From assembly GCA_001778235.1 (NCBI GenBank), contig MFGJ01000008.1, forward strand, positions 61,313 through 125,312: DNA of 64,000 nt, in the 5' to 3' direction. Origin of the DNA: Candidatus Falkowbacteria bacterium RIFOXYC2_FULL_36_12 (GTDB taxonomy: Bacteria > Patescibacteriota > Patescibacteriia > UBA11705). Below the pieces are notes generated by a model, which was given only the letters and a program-made list of their open reading frames with translations, ran no database searches and was not told the origin of the DNA. How positions within the stretch are numbered: the stretch's first letter is position 1; each line of letters begins with the position of its first letter. Below, in pieces: positions 20,640 to 30,014 of the stretch. Made by a program: the position numbers and the translations under genes.

Positions 20640-20768
20640 GGTTAACTCGCCTTTCCCTTTATGGTTATATCTTTTTATAATTTTACAATGAATAAAAACT
20701 CTATAAACAGTGAAAGTTTTTCTTTTACTTACCATGTATTGACAGCCAACAAAGTTAGCAACTAATAC

Positions 20769-20842
20769 ATGGCTCGGAGGCAGGGACTCGAACCCCAATA
20801 GCCAGGACCAAAACCTGGAGTCCTACCATTAGACGACCTCCG
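20769..20842 (-). tRNA. tRNA-Gln (anticodon TTG) with a U1:A72 first pair and an encoded CCA
   Basis: The reverse complement reads TCGGAGGTCGTCTAATGGTAGGACTCCAGGTTTTGGTCCTGGCTATTGGGGTTCGAGTCCCTGCCTCCGAGCCA, with anticodon loop UUUUGGU. Confidence 0.75.
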
Positions 20843-21052
20843 AACAATATTTATTAATTTAAAATAAGACTCTTGCCTGCCGACCTGTCCACCGAAGCTC
20901 TAAAGAGCATAGGAGGAAGCTGAAGTTAGCGTAGGCAAGGCTTCCGAAGAACATCTTAACTTTTACAATTTTATATATAAAAAAGTTTAGATACAAAAAT
21001 ATACTACCAAAAAACCCAGCATAAGTCAATTCTATTTATAATATTAATCCAT

Positions 21053-21514
21053 TCAAACCCTCTCCTCAACAAACTCGCGTAATTCTTTACTTCTTAAATT
21101 AATTAAGGAAGCCTGCTTCTGCTCCTCTTCAGTATTTTTCCAATTCCTAGCCAAATATTCTGCTTCAGTCACCAATTTATTAAAAGCAGCTCTAGCGCGA
21201 TCAAAATCAGTATATTTTTTATGACTATTCATCCGAGCAGCAGTATATTGCAAAACACCTAAAAAATGAGCCACATGCCACAAATTTTCGTGTATATCCT
21301 GTCCAGTCATTAGTTCTACTTTAGCTTTTTCCAAATCTCTTTCAACCATATCCCTAAAATTATTTGACGGCCTGTCTGGATTCAAATCACCTTGCTGTTC
21401 AAGCACCACAGCATGAGCAAGTTGTTCATCAATATTACCCACTTTATAACCCTGACCTAATATTTTATCAACTGAATCCAGCTGACCTTGATTCTTTGGC
21501 TCTTCAACAGTCAT
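21053..21514 (-). CDS. Hypothetical protein (153 aa)
   Basis: A helical protein with no recognisable motif. Confidence 0.5.
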   Translation of the reverse strand: MTVEEPKNQGQLDSVDKILGQGYKVGNIDEQLAHAVVLEQQGDLNPDRPSNNFRDMVERDLEKAKVELMTGQDIHENLWHVAHFLGVLQYTAARMNSHKKYTDFDRARAAFNKLVTEAEYLARNWKNTEEEQKQASLINLRSKELREFVEERV

Positions 21515-21527
21515 ATTTTTTTATCAA

Positions 21528-21968
21528 TTAATTAAAATAAGCTAAACCGATTATGAGCAAAAATAGCCCAGCAATAATGATCTCAATCGGTATTGCAATA
21601 TGTTCAGCATAAAAGTAAGCTATTTCAGGTTTATTTCTGTTATAAAAAATTTGTGCTTGTTCAGGAATTTTCTTCAACAATTTTTGCGCTTTATTTTCAG
21701 TCAATAGATGGTTTGAAGGAAACAATTTTTCGCCTTTATATTGCTTTCCATCTACTGAATATTCAAACTCAACCGCTACTTCGTACACCGATTTTAACGA
21801 CCCAGCTCGCGCTGCTGGATGTTTTGAAAAAACTACCTCCTTATTTAAAACTTTAGCTTCAGTCCTCGGCCATTTTTTTATTTTTAACACCTTTATGCCG
21901 TACAACAAACCAGCAAAAAACATTACCAGACCAAGCAAAAAAGAAATTAAATACCCAATTTTGTCCAT
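21528..21968 (-). CDS. Hypothetical two-TM membrane protein (DUF3592-like architecture)
   Basis: An N-terminal transmembrane helix, a roughly 90-aa soluble domain, then a C-terminal transmembrane helix. Confidence 0.45.
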   Translation of the reverse strand: MDKIGYLISFLLGLVMFFAGLLYGIKVLKIKKWPRTEAKVLNKEVVFSKHPAARAGSLKSVYEVAVEFEYSVDGKQYKGEKLFPSNHLLTENKAQKLLKKIPEQAQIFYNRNKPEIAYFYAEHIAIPIEIIIAGLFLLIIGLAYFN

Positions 21969-22000
21969 ACATTTTTATTTTATAAAATAATTATTTTACT

Positions 22001-22375
22001 TTATAAGCTTATAGCCGCAACTAAAATACATGCTTCTATTTCAATATTTAAATTCAAACTTTCTGCTTTTTTAATCACTTGTTCATCAAAGCTTCCAGGC
22101 TGAAACCACAGATTATCAAAACCCAACTCTTTTGCTTGCTCCACAATCTGTAAACTCACAGCTGGTGGAACCACTATAGATATTATATCAGGTTTTTCTG
22201 GTAATTCCTTCAAACTGTGCCAAACTCGTAAGCCACCAATACAATCTGCTTTAGGATTTACTGGATAAACTTTCACCCCCTTGACCTTCAAAGTATTCAA
22301 AATCTTATTGCCATACTTCTCCGGGTCAGCAGAGGCACCAACCACAGCTACAATTTTATTCTTTGTTAATCTCAT
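22001..22375 (-). CDS. CoA-binding domain protein (YccU-like)
   Basis: KIVAVVGASADPEKYGNKI followed by a Rossmann-like sequence typical of the small CoA-binding family. Confidence 0.7.
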   Translation of the reverse strand: MRLTKNKIVAVVGASADPEKYGNKILNTLKVKGVKVYPVNPKADCIGGLRVWHSLKELPEKPDIISIVVPPAVSLQIVEQAKELGFDNLWFQPGSFDEQVIKKAESLNLNIEIEACILVAAISL

Positions 22376-22738
22376 ATAATTTCTTAAGATATAACCACAA
22401 TCTTGAAAGCATTGGGGGCTAAAAATTTTATTTTGTCATCCTGAATCCTGTCTGCCGAAAGGCAGGTTGTTTCAGGATATAACAAAAATAATCAAACTAT
22501 CCCTTTATACTCTGAAATCCATCTTCGTTAAAACTTCGCTGGACAAGCAAGTTCAGAGTGACAAATTTACATGTAGAAACCAAAAATACCAGCTAACCTT
22601 CCTTGTCCGCCCTCATCATGCAGTCAAAACAGAGTCCGAGTGCTTTCTGAACTATAAACTACTCAATACCTTAACTAAATCATTATATCTCATCACTAAT
22701 TTTTGTAACCTTTTGTAATTATTTTGTATTTTTGTAAT
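22376..22738. repeat. Mosaic intergenic repeat region
   Basis: ctgaatcctgtctgccgaaaggcaggttgtttcaggat (compare 41821-41858) and atccctttatactctgaaatccatcttcgttaaaacttcgctggacaagcaagttcagagtgacaaatt (about 70 bp, nearly identical at 55059-55128; reverse complement partly present at 42139-42176). Confidence 0.65.
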
Positions 22739-24385
22739 CTAATCTATCAACCTCGGTTTCATCGACGCAACTCCTGCTTCAATCAAAGCATTAAACAACG
22801 GATGACCTTCAAGCGGACGAGACTTAAACTCTGGATGAAATTGCACACCAACAAAGAACGGATGCTCTGGCAATTCAATTATCTCTACCAATCTATTGTC
22901 TGGTGAAACCCCGGCGATTAACATACCAGCTTGTTCCATTTTCTGTCGAAAATCATTATTAAATTCATAACGATGTCTATGCCTTTCAGAAATATTTTTC
23001 TCTTTGTAAGCGATATAAGATTTCGACCTCTCATCCAAAACACATGGATAAGCACCAAGTCTCATAGTCGAACCATAATTGCTCTCTTCAATATTTTTTA
23101 CCTGATCAGCCATTAGATGAATAACTTGATTCGGAGATTGATCATTTATTTCAGTCGAAGTTGCATCATGTATACCCAGAACATTTCTGGCAAATTCAAT
23201 CGTAGCCAACTGCATACCATAACACAATCCCAAATAAGGTATCTTATTTTCTCTGACAAATTTTATTGCATTGATTTTACCTTCAATTCCTCTTGAGCCA
23301 AATCCTCCAGGTACAATTACCGCATGATACTGTCTCAAAGACTCCAAATTACTTTCATCTTGTTCAAAATCCCCAGAATCAAGCCAATCAATTTTTGGCT
23401 TCCGACCATGTTTCCAACAGGCATGCTTCACCGCTTCAATCACTGAAATATATGAATCAGTCAAAACATAATCACCAGTATGAAAATATTTACCCACAAT
23501 CCCGATTTTTATTTCCTCTGTTGCATTTTTTATTCTAGAAACTAACTGCTCCCAATTTTTTAAACCTGGAGCATTATATTTTTCTGACCAGCCAAACTTT
23601 TTTAAAATCAAATCACCCAAATTTTCTTTTTCAAAATTGAGAGGGACTTCATAAACATACTCAATATCAGGAGCTGAAATAATATGATCTTTGAACATAT
23701 TGCCATTCAAAGCAATCTTTTTCTTTCTGACATCATCAATTGGTTGTTCTGCTCGACAAATCACAAAATCTGGTTGAATACCAGCAGAATTCAAAGTCCT
23801 AATTGCATATTGTGTTGGCTTGGTCTTCATCTCCCCAATCTTTGACGGTATTGGCAGAAATGAAACCAAAACAAAAACCACATCACTGATATTATTCATC
23901 TTCATCATTCTAGCAGCTTCTAGAAATAGCATATTTTGATATTCACCAACCGTTCCTCCAACTTCCACAATTGTAATATCTGCATCAGCTTTTTTCCCAG
24001 CTTTGGTAATCCTATCAATTATTTCTTCTGGGATATGGGGTACAACCTCAACACATTTTCCGCCATATTCCAAATTTCTTTCTCTTTCAATCACTGACTG
24101 ATAAACTCGACCGGTGGTCATGTAATTTATTGAATATATATTTGTTCCCAAAAATCTTTCATAATTCCCCAAATCCTGATCAGTCTCATCCCCATCTTCG
24201 GTCACGAAAACTTCTCCATGTTCTGTCGGATTCATCGTCCCCGCATCAACATTTATATATGGGTCAATTTTTATAGCCGTCACAGAATAACCTTTTGCTT
24301 GCAAAATCCGACCAATTGAAGCCACCGCAATACCCTTGCCTACTCCGCTCATCACTCCTCCTACAACAAACACATATTTAGACAT
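22739..24385 (-). CDS. pyrG: CTP synthase
   Basis: The N-terminal MSKYVFVVGGVMSGVGKGI and the C-terminal GATase domain with GLCYGMQ and HPEF motifs. The start is set at the ATG (MSKYVFV) rather than the upstream TTG. Confidence 0.92.
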   Translation of the reverse strand: MSKYVFVVGGVMSGVGKGIAVASIGRILQAKGYSVTAIKIDPYINVDAGTMNPTEHGEVFVTEDGDETDQDLGNYERFLGTNIYSINYMTTGRVYQSVIERERNLEYGGKCVEVVPHIPEEIIDRITKAGKKADADITIVEVGGTVGEYQNMLFLEAARMMKMNNISDVVFVLVSFLPIPSKIGEMKTKPTQYAIRTLNSAGIQPDFVICRAEQPIDDVRKKKIALNGNMFKDHIISAPDIEYVYEVPLNFEKENLGDLILKKFGWSEKYNAPGLKNWEQLVSRIKNATEEIKIGIVGKYFHTGDYVLTDSYISVIEAVKHACWKHGRKPKIDWLDSGDFEQDESNLESLRQYHAVIVPGGFGSRGIEGKINAIKFVRENKIPYLGLCYGMQLATIEFARNVLGIHDATSTEINDQSPNQVIHLMADQVKNIEESNYGSTMRLGAYPCVLDERSKSYIAYKEKNISERHRHRYEFNNDFRQKMEQAGMLIAGVSPDNRLVEIIELPEHPFFVGVQFHPEFKSRPLEGHPLFNALIEAGVASMKPRLID

Positions 24386-24395
24386 AATAATATTA

Positions 24396-24827
24396 TTATT
24401 CAACAATAATTTTTATTTTGCTCTTAAATCCCTCTAAATTTATTTCAACCTCATATTCACCAACTTTACTAATCGGCTGATCTAACTTTACTTGTGATTC
24501 TTTGACTTCAAAACCACGCTGATTTAACATCTCAATTATTTTTCGATTATTTATTTTTGCAAACAAACTACCATGCTCATCAGATTTTTGTTCCAAATTC
24601 AAAATAAACCCCTTCAATCTGTTAGCTAATTTTTTCCAATCAAAATTTTCTTTTTTTCCAACCTGTTTTTTCTGCACCAAACTATTCGCCAAATCAATAT
24701 TTTTCTTTGTTGCAGGCAAAGCAACCATTTGTGGAATCAAAAAATTGATTGCAAAACCATCAGCCACCTCTTTCACCTCCCCCAATTTACCTGACTTACT
24801 ATTAACTTTTATAAATACAACTTTCAT
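24396..24827 (-). CDS. rplI: 50S ribosomal protein L9
   Basis: MKVVFIKVNSKSGKLGEVKEVADGFAINFLIPQ is a typical L9 N-domain, followed by a linker helix and a C-domain. Confidence 0.85.
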   Translation of the reverse strand: MKVVFIKVNSKSGKLGEVKEVADGFAINFLIPQMVALPATKKNIDLANSLVQKKQVGKKENFDWKKLANRLKGFILNLEQKSDEHGSLFAKINNRKIIEMLNQRGFEVKESQVKLDQPISKVGEYEVEINLEGFKSKIKIIVE

Positions 24828-24977
24828 ATTTTTTAAAATAAAAAGATGAATAAATTTCACCTCCTGATTGGATTGACAACCTCTAGCTATATTTTACCAC
24901 ACTTTAATCTGCATACAAACCCCTCTTAATCACTTGGTCAAACCAGTATCAAATGCCTAACTTATTACTATTCTATA

Positions 24978-25007
24978 ACAAAAACAAGGCAAAAAGCCTT
25001 GTTTTTA
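24978..25007 (-). terminator. Intrinsic terminator after ctpA
   Basis: The hairpin aacaaggc-aaaaa-gccttgtt with a flanking A-run and T-run. Confidence 0.55.
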
Positions 25008-25024
25008 TATAAATAAAATAAATT

Positions 25025-26263
25025 TTATTTCAAATACTCTAACGCTGCTTGAAGTTGATTATCCACCCCCTTGGCCAAAGCCTCTAAATCTAACTCTAAA
25101 TTAATATCAGGCTCAATACCTATATCACTTATTGAATTACCATTTGGTGTTAACCACTTAGCTGTTGTAATTTTCAACGAAGAACCATCAGACAATCTTT
25201 TTAATTCCTGAACAGAGCCTTTACCGTATGTTTTTGTACCAATCAATTTTGCAGTACCATAATCTTTAAATGCTCCAGCCACGATTTCAGATCCAGAAGC
25301 TGAACCTCCATTTACCAAAACAGCAGTTTTTATCCCTTCAAAAGTTGCTTTACCTTTTGCTTTATAAAATATTTGCCGTCCATCACTAAACTTTTCTAAT
25401 ACAATATCTGTATCTGATTTAAGCCATTTAGAAGCCACATCATTGGCAATATTTAATAATCCTCCAGGATTATTTCGCAAATCTAGAACAATGCCCTTTA
25501 TATTTTTACCTTTTGCTTCTTTCTCAATTTGCGCCATTAGACTATCAGTATCCTGATAAAAACCAGCAAGTTTTATATACAAAATATTATCCTTTCGAAA
25601 TTCCCATTTAACACTTTTTATCTCAATTTTTTCTCTTTTCACCACAATTTCCATTGGGTTTTCTTCATTTCGCAAAACTAGCAAAGTCACCGTCGTACCT
25701 TCTGGTCCTCGAATCAACTTAGCAGCTTTTTCAATCGTCATATCTGTCGTGTCAATATTATCAATAGAATAAATCTTATCACCACTGACCAAACCAGCTT
25801 TCTCTGCCGGAGAATCAGCCATTGGAGCAACTACCGTTAATCTACCATCTCTGATGCCAATCTCTGCTCCAATTCCTTCAAATTCAGCATTTATATCCTG
25901 GTCAAATTCTTTGGTTTTTTCAGGATCAAGAAAAACAGTATAAGGATCGCCGAGTCCACTGGCAAACCCTTCAATCGCTCCATAGTACAATTTGGAAACA
26001 TCAATATTATCCTTATCAACATAACTATTTTTTATATATCCCCAAACAACTCGAAGCAAATCACTATCCAACACTTTTGGCAATTCACTGGCAGATAAAC
26101 TATTTTCATAATAATTTACAACCTTGCTAAAACCTCCTGTATTTATTTTACCAACATAAAAACCACCACTAAAAGCAATCAACACCAAGACAACAATCAA
26201 ATACCATAATGTGAATTTTCGTATCGGCTTCGAACTATTTTTGTTATAAAAATCATTTTGCAT
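25025..26263 (-). CDS. ctpA: Carboxy-terminal processing peptidase (S41A) with a PDZ domain
   Basis: An N-terminal transmembrane helix, a PDZ segment (GIGAEIGIRDGRLTVVAPMADSPAEKAGLVSGDKI) and an S41 core. Confidence 0.85.
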   Translation of the reverse strand: MQNDFYNKNSSKPIRKFTLWYLIVVLVLIAFSGGFYVGKINTGGFSKVVNYYENSLSASELPKVLDSDLLRVVWGYIKNSYVDKDNIDVSKLYYGAIEGFASGLGDPYTVFLDPEKTKEFDQDINAEFEGIGAEIGIRDGRLTVVAPMADSPAEKAGLVSGDKIYSIDNIDTTDMTIEKAAKLIRGPEGTTVTLLVLRNEENPMEIVVKREKIEIKSVKWEFRKDNILYIKLAGFYQDTDSLMAQIEKEAKGKNIKGIVLDLRNNPGGLLNIANDVASKWLKSDTDIVLEKFSDGRQIFYKAKGKATFEGIKTAVLVNGGSASGSEIVAGAFKDYGTAKLIGTKTYGKGSVQELKRLSDGSSLKITTAKWLTPNGNSISDIGIEPDINLELDLEALAKGVDNQLQAALEYLK

Positions 26264-26265
26264 AA

Positions 26266-27519
26266 TTAATCAACTACTCTTTTTATTTCAGCCCCTAATT
26301 TTTGTAAGCGTTTTTCAATTTGAGAATAACCTCTATCAATCTGATAAATATTATCAATCTCTGTTGTTCCTTCGGCTACCAAACCAGCCAATACCATGGC
26401 AAACCCTGCACGAAGATCAGGGCTGGTCAACCTGCGACCATATAGTTTTGTCGGACCATTTACAATCACACGATGTGGATCACACATGATAATATTCGCA
26501 CCCATCATTTTTAACATATCAGTATAGAACAATCTTCCTTCAAAAATAGTTTCATGAACCAAACTCATACCATCAGCTTGAGTTAAGAGCACAGTAAACG
26601 GTTGTTGTAAATCAGTTACAAATCCTGGATATTCGTGAGTCTGAACATCAACAGCTTTTATTTTCACCCCACCAAAAACTTGAACCCAATCCTTGCCCAA
26701 TTGATAATCAATTCCCATCCGATCAAACATCGCCCAAAGAGATTCAAGATGATCAGGTCGACAATTTACTATTTTTATATCATCACCAATCAAAGCTCCA
26801 AGTATAGCAAATGATCCAGCTTCAATTCGATCAGGAATTACTTCATAAGTATCAGCGGTAAGTTCTTTTACACCCTCAATTTTAATCGTGTTTGTACCAG
26901 CTCCTTCAATTTTTGCACCAACACGATTCAAATATTCCGCCAATACTTGAATTTCTGGTTCACAAGCAGCATTTTTCAAAACAGTTGTTCCTTCAGCCAT
27001 TGTCGCTGCCATCATTAGCGCCTCCGTTACAGTCACTGAAATTTTCGGAAAAATGTAAGTCATGCCTTTAAACTTTTTGCACTTGAATGTATAGCCATCA
27101 TTATCCTCCTTTATTTCAGCACCCAATTTTTTATAACCTTCAATAAATAAATCTATTGGCCTTTGACCGATTGCACATCCACCGGGATGAGGCATTCTCA
27201 CCTCACCCGACCTGATTAACAACGGTCCAACCAAAAGAACTGAAGCTCTAATCTTTGAAACCAATGTGGGATCAAGCTCTGTTGTTGCTATTTCCTTTGT
27301 CTGCAAAGTCAATGTACTTCCTTCACGATGAACTTCTGTTCCAATTGCTTCCATCAATTCAAGCAAACGATTTATTTCCTCAATGTTCGGCACATTAGTC
27401 ACAATCATTTTTTTATCAGACAAAATTGAAGCAGCCAATATTTTCAGCGCTGCATTTTTCGCACCCATAACCTCAATTTCACCGCTTAATCTTTTACCCC
27501 CTGTAATAATAAATTTTGA
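26266..27519 (-). CDS. murA: UDP-N-acetylglucosamine 1-carboxyvinyltransferase
   Basis: FIITGGKRLSGEIEVMGAKNAAL is the MurA N-terminus; 418 aa from the ATG (MSKFII). Confidence 0.9.
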   Translation of the reverse strand, partial: SKFIITGGKRLSGEIEVMGAKNAALKILAASILSDKKMIVTNVPNIEEINRLLELMEAIGTEVHREGSTLTLQTKEIATTELDPTLVSKIRASVLLVGPLLIRSGEVRMPHPGGCAIGQRPIDLFIEGYKKLGAEIKEDNDGYTFKCKKFKGMTYIFPKISVTVTEALMMAATMAEGTTVLKNAACEPEIQVLAEYLNRVGAKIEGAGTNTIKIEGVKELTADTYEVIPDRIEAGSFAILGALIGDDIKIVNCRPDHLESLWAMFDRMGIDYQLGKDWVQVFGGVKIKAVDVQTHEYPGFVTDLQQPFTVLLTQADGMSLVHETIFEGRLFYTDMLKMMGANIIMCDPHRVIVNGPTKLYGRRLTSPDLRAGFAMVLAGLVAEGTTEIDNIYQIDRGYSQIEKRLQKLGAEIKRVVD

Positions 27520-27725
27520 CATAAAAATATTAAATTTAACCAATTTTAGTTAATTTCAAGTACTATTCCCTTAAAATAGATTATTGTTATTATATAAATT
27601 TATCCAACGAATAGCAAGTTTACTTTACCATATTCTCATCAAAATTTCAAGCCTGATTGAATCATCAAAGATTGAAAAATAATCAGAAATATGCTAGTAT
27701 ATAATCATGCAACTAATCATTAGTT

Positions 27726-29084
27726 ATGAATATACACTCTCGTAGATTTTTAGCCGGTTTTTTCATTTTAATTTTTATTATAATTGCACCACTTTTGATT
27801 TTGTATACAGCTGGCTACCGTTATAGTATCAAAAAACAAAGATTAACTTCTGCTGGTTCTCTTGTGATAGAAACCGAACCCCGTGATGCAACGGTTTATT
27901 TATCAAATCATGACAAGTCTTACAAAACACCCGCCAGAATCAACGACCTCACTTCAAACGATTATCAAATTACAATCACCAAAGATGGATATTATAATTG
28001 GAATAAAACTCTAAAAATTGAATCCCAACAAACAACTTTCGCCGAAAACATCATTTTATTTTCAAAAGCTTCAGCTACACCAATATTACAAAACATCTCC
28101 GGTAATATTTATCCTGACCACCAACATCAAAACATTATTTTTACCCAAGATTCAACCTTAAAAATTTATAATATTGAAACAAATAAAATCCTCACAATCA
28201 AGCAATTGGAAGATAACCAAATTGTCCAAGATATCAACTGGTCAATTAATAACAACTATTTCCTCATTCAATTACATGATAATGATATTATTCAGCACAT
28301 TGTTGCCAATAAAAACAACCCTACAAATACAATTACAATTGAAAATTATCTCCAAGACATCAAAAATCCTGTCGTCAAATTCAATCGAACCAACGATGAT
28401 CGTCTACTCATTCTAAATCAAAATAATTTATATGGCGCTAAAATAAACCTAAGTTCTCTCGAAATATCTACATTCTATAGTTTCCCCAAAGACTTGCTAA
28501 TATCTGATTATTTAGTTTACAAAGATCAAATATTTTTTCTCGAAAAAACCAGCGATAAGCAATATCTCAAAAAAATTGTCCCTACTAATAAAAACAACGA
28601 TAAAAATAATCGAATTCAGCTCTCATCTTCAGAATATCAGTTGATAGATTTCATTGACAATAAAATATTCCTCAAAGACTTTACAAAAAACACTACCTTT
28701 ATTATAAATTCCGGATTAGATAATGTCTTGTTCGAACAAAATGATTTAATTCAGTATGATTTCAATGCCAAATCAAAAAAATTGGCTATGACCACTCCAA
28801 GCGAAATAAATGTAGTAGATTTTAATAATTATCCCTTCAATGTAATAACTGTAATTCGTGTAAGCAATGGTTTGCAAAAAACCTTTTGGTATTTTGATCC
28901 AAACTATCTTATATTTCAAGAAAACAACCAATTAAAAACAATTGAACTTGACGAAAGAGATCAGCGTCACATTATTACCCTTTCACCAGAAAACACCTCT
29001 GATTTTTTTCTTGATTCAACCGGTAAATTTCTTAGTCTACTAACTTCAAATTCAACTTTTGAAAAACTGATACTAATACAATAA
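27726..29084 (+). CDS. PEGA-domain membrane protein with a C-terminal beta-rich domain
   Basis: An N-terminal transmembrane helix, then a PEGA-like motif (PRDATVYLSN...TPARINDL...YQITITKDGY). Confidence 0.6.
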   Translation: MNIHSRRFLAGFFILIFIIIAPLLILYTAGYRYSIKKQRLTSAGSLVIETEPRDATVYLSNHDKSYKTPARINDLTSNDYQITITKDGYYNWNKTLKIESQQTTFAENIILFSKASATPILQNISGNIYPDHQHQNIIFTQDSTLKIYNIETNKILTIKQLEDNQIVQDINWSINNNYFLIQLHDNDIIQHIVANKNNPTNTITIENYLQDIKNPVVKFNRTNDDRLLILNQNNLYGAKINLSSLEISTFYSFPKDLLISDYLVYKDQIFFLEKTSDKQYLKKIVPTNKNNDKNNRIQLSSSEYQLIDFIDNKIFLKDFTKNTTFIINSGLDNVLFEQNDLIQYDFNAKSKKLAMTTPSEINVVDFNNYPFNVITVIRVSNGLQKTFWYFDPNYLIFQENNQLKTIELDERDQRHIITLSPENTSDFFLDSTGKFLSLLTSNSTFEKLILIQ

Positions 29085-29093
29085 AACAATACA

Positions 29094-29127
29094 AAAAGAC
29101 AGACTTTCACAAGTCTGTCTTTTTTAT
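29094..29127 (+). terminator. Bidirectional intrinsic terminator between convergent genes
   Basis: The hairpin aagacagactt-tcac-aagtctgtctt followed by ttttttat. Confidence 0.6.
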
Positions 29128-29135
29128 TTAATTTG

Positions 29136-30005
29136 CTATTTATCCAATTGCCAAAATATTTTTAACATAAAACTATATACCACCGCAACCTTAAATCCTC
29201 GGAAAATCAATGAAACAACAATTAGCGTAATAAAACCAACAATCGTTATAATGAATGGCAATAGCCAACCAGAAAATATTAAAAGCAAGAATGCAACCAA
29301 GGCAAACGGCAATATTACCAAAATTATTACAAAAAATTCTGCAATATAGAAAACCAGCGCCAAAACCAATCGGATAACACCTGCTACCACTGATTCCCAA
29401 AAATTTTTAGCCAAGAACTGTATACCCATTTTATACGAATCAAATACCCCTCTATCATACAATACTAAATAAGCATAGCTATAATAACTAAACAAAACAA
29501 CAAATATTCCATAGATAAATAAAAACAACAATAAAGGGTAAAAGAGCCAATCCGTATCAAAATATCTAACCCCGAAAAACATCACAAATAATATGAACAA
29601 ACCCGGAACCAACAATAAAATATTTAGACCAAGCATCCGCCAAAATTTGGCTACACCAAACTTAACATTCCCCCAAAAACCAATTTTTATTCCTAGATTG
29701 TTAGTTCTATCTTTTACTGCCTTGATCAAACCAGTTGTACAAACCACAGAAAACAATGAAATTGCCACAACAATCACAAAGATTATAATAAGCAGTAATA
29801 AAATAGGTAATGTTTGGATTAGCGCAGATATTCTTGAAACAAAATACCCTTCATCAATCAAAGACCAAAATTGACCAACTTCTGTTTTCGTATAAGTCAC
29901 AAAAGAAACACTTGAAGCTACAAATATACCCAAAAACCACAAAACTTTATTCTTCCATGCCAGCATCAGTGAATCCAAGAATAATGGTTTAAATGAAATT
30001 TTCAT
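29136..30005 (-). CDS. Hypothetical polytopic membrane protein
   Basis: At least six hydrophobic helices; no motif recognised. Confidence 0.5.
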   Translation of the reverse strand: MKISFKPLFLDSLMLAWKNKVLWFLGIFVASSVSFVTYTKTEVGQFWSLIDEGYFVSRISALIQTLPILLLLIIIFVIVVAISLFSVVCTTGLIKAVKDRTNNLGIKIGFWGNVKFGVAKFWRMLGLNILLLVPGLFILFVMFFGVRYFDTDWLFYPLLLFLFIYGIFVVLFSYYSYAYLVLYDRGVFDSYKMGIQFLAKNFWESVVAGVIRLVLALVFYIAEFFVIILVILPFALVAFLLLIFSGWLLPFIITIVGFITLIVVSLIFRGFKVAVVYSFMLKIFWQLDK

Positions 30006-30014
30006 ACTTTATTT

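Noticed and set aside
20640-20798. N-terminal extension of ORF 20097..20798
   Set aside because: The extension would run through tRNA-Gln (20769-20842). An internal ATG with a good RBS at 20639 is used instead.
22931-24300. Multiple 60-150-aa ORFs on the plus strand within pyrG (for example 22931..23116 and 23293..23538) and similar antisense ORFs inside dnaE, the S8 protease, thrS and CDS1 of the Ubl operon
   Set aside because: They are antisense or out-of-frame ORFs nested in strongly supported long genes. They are low-complexity, AT-codon driven and lack start signals.
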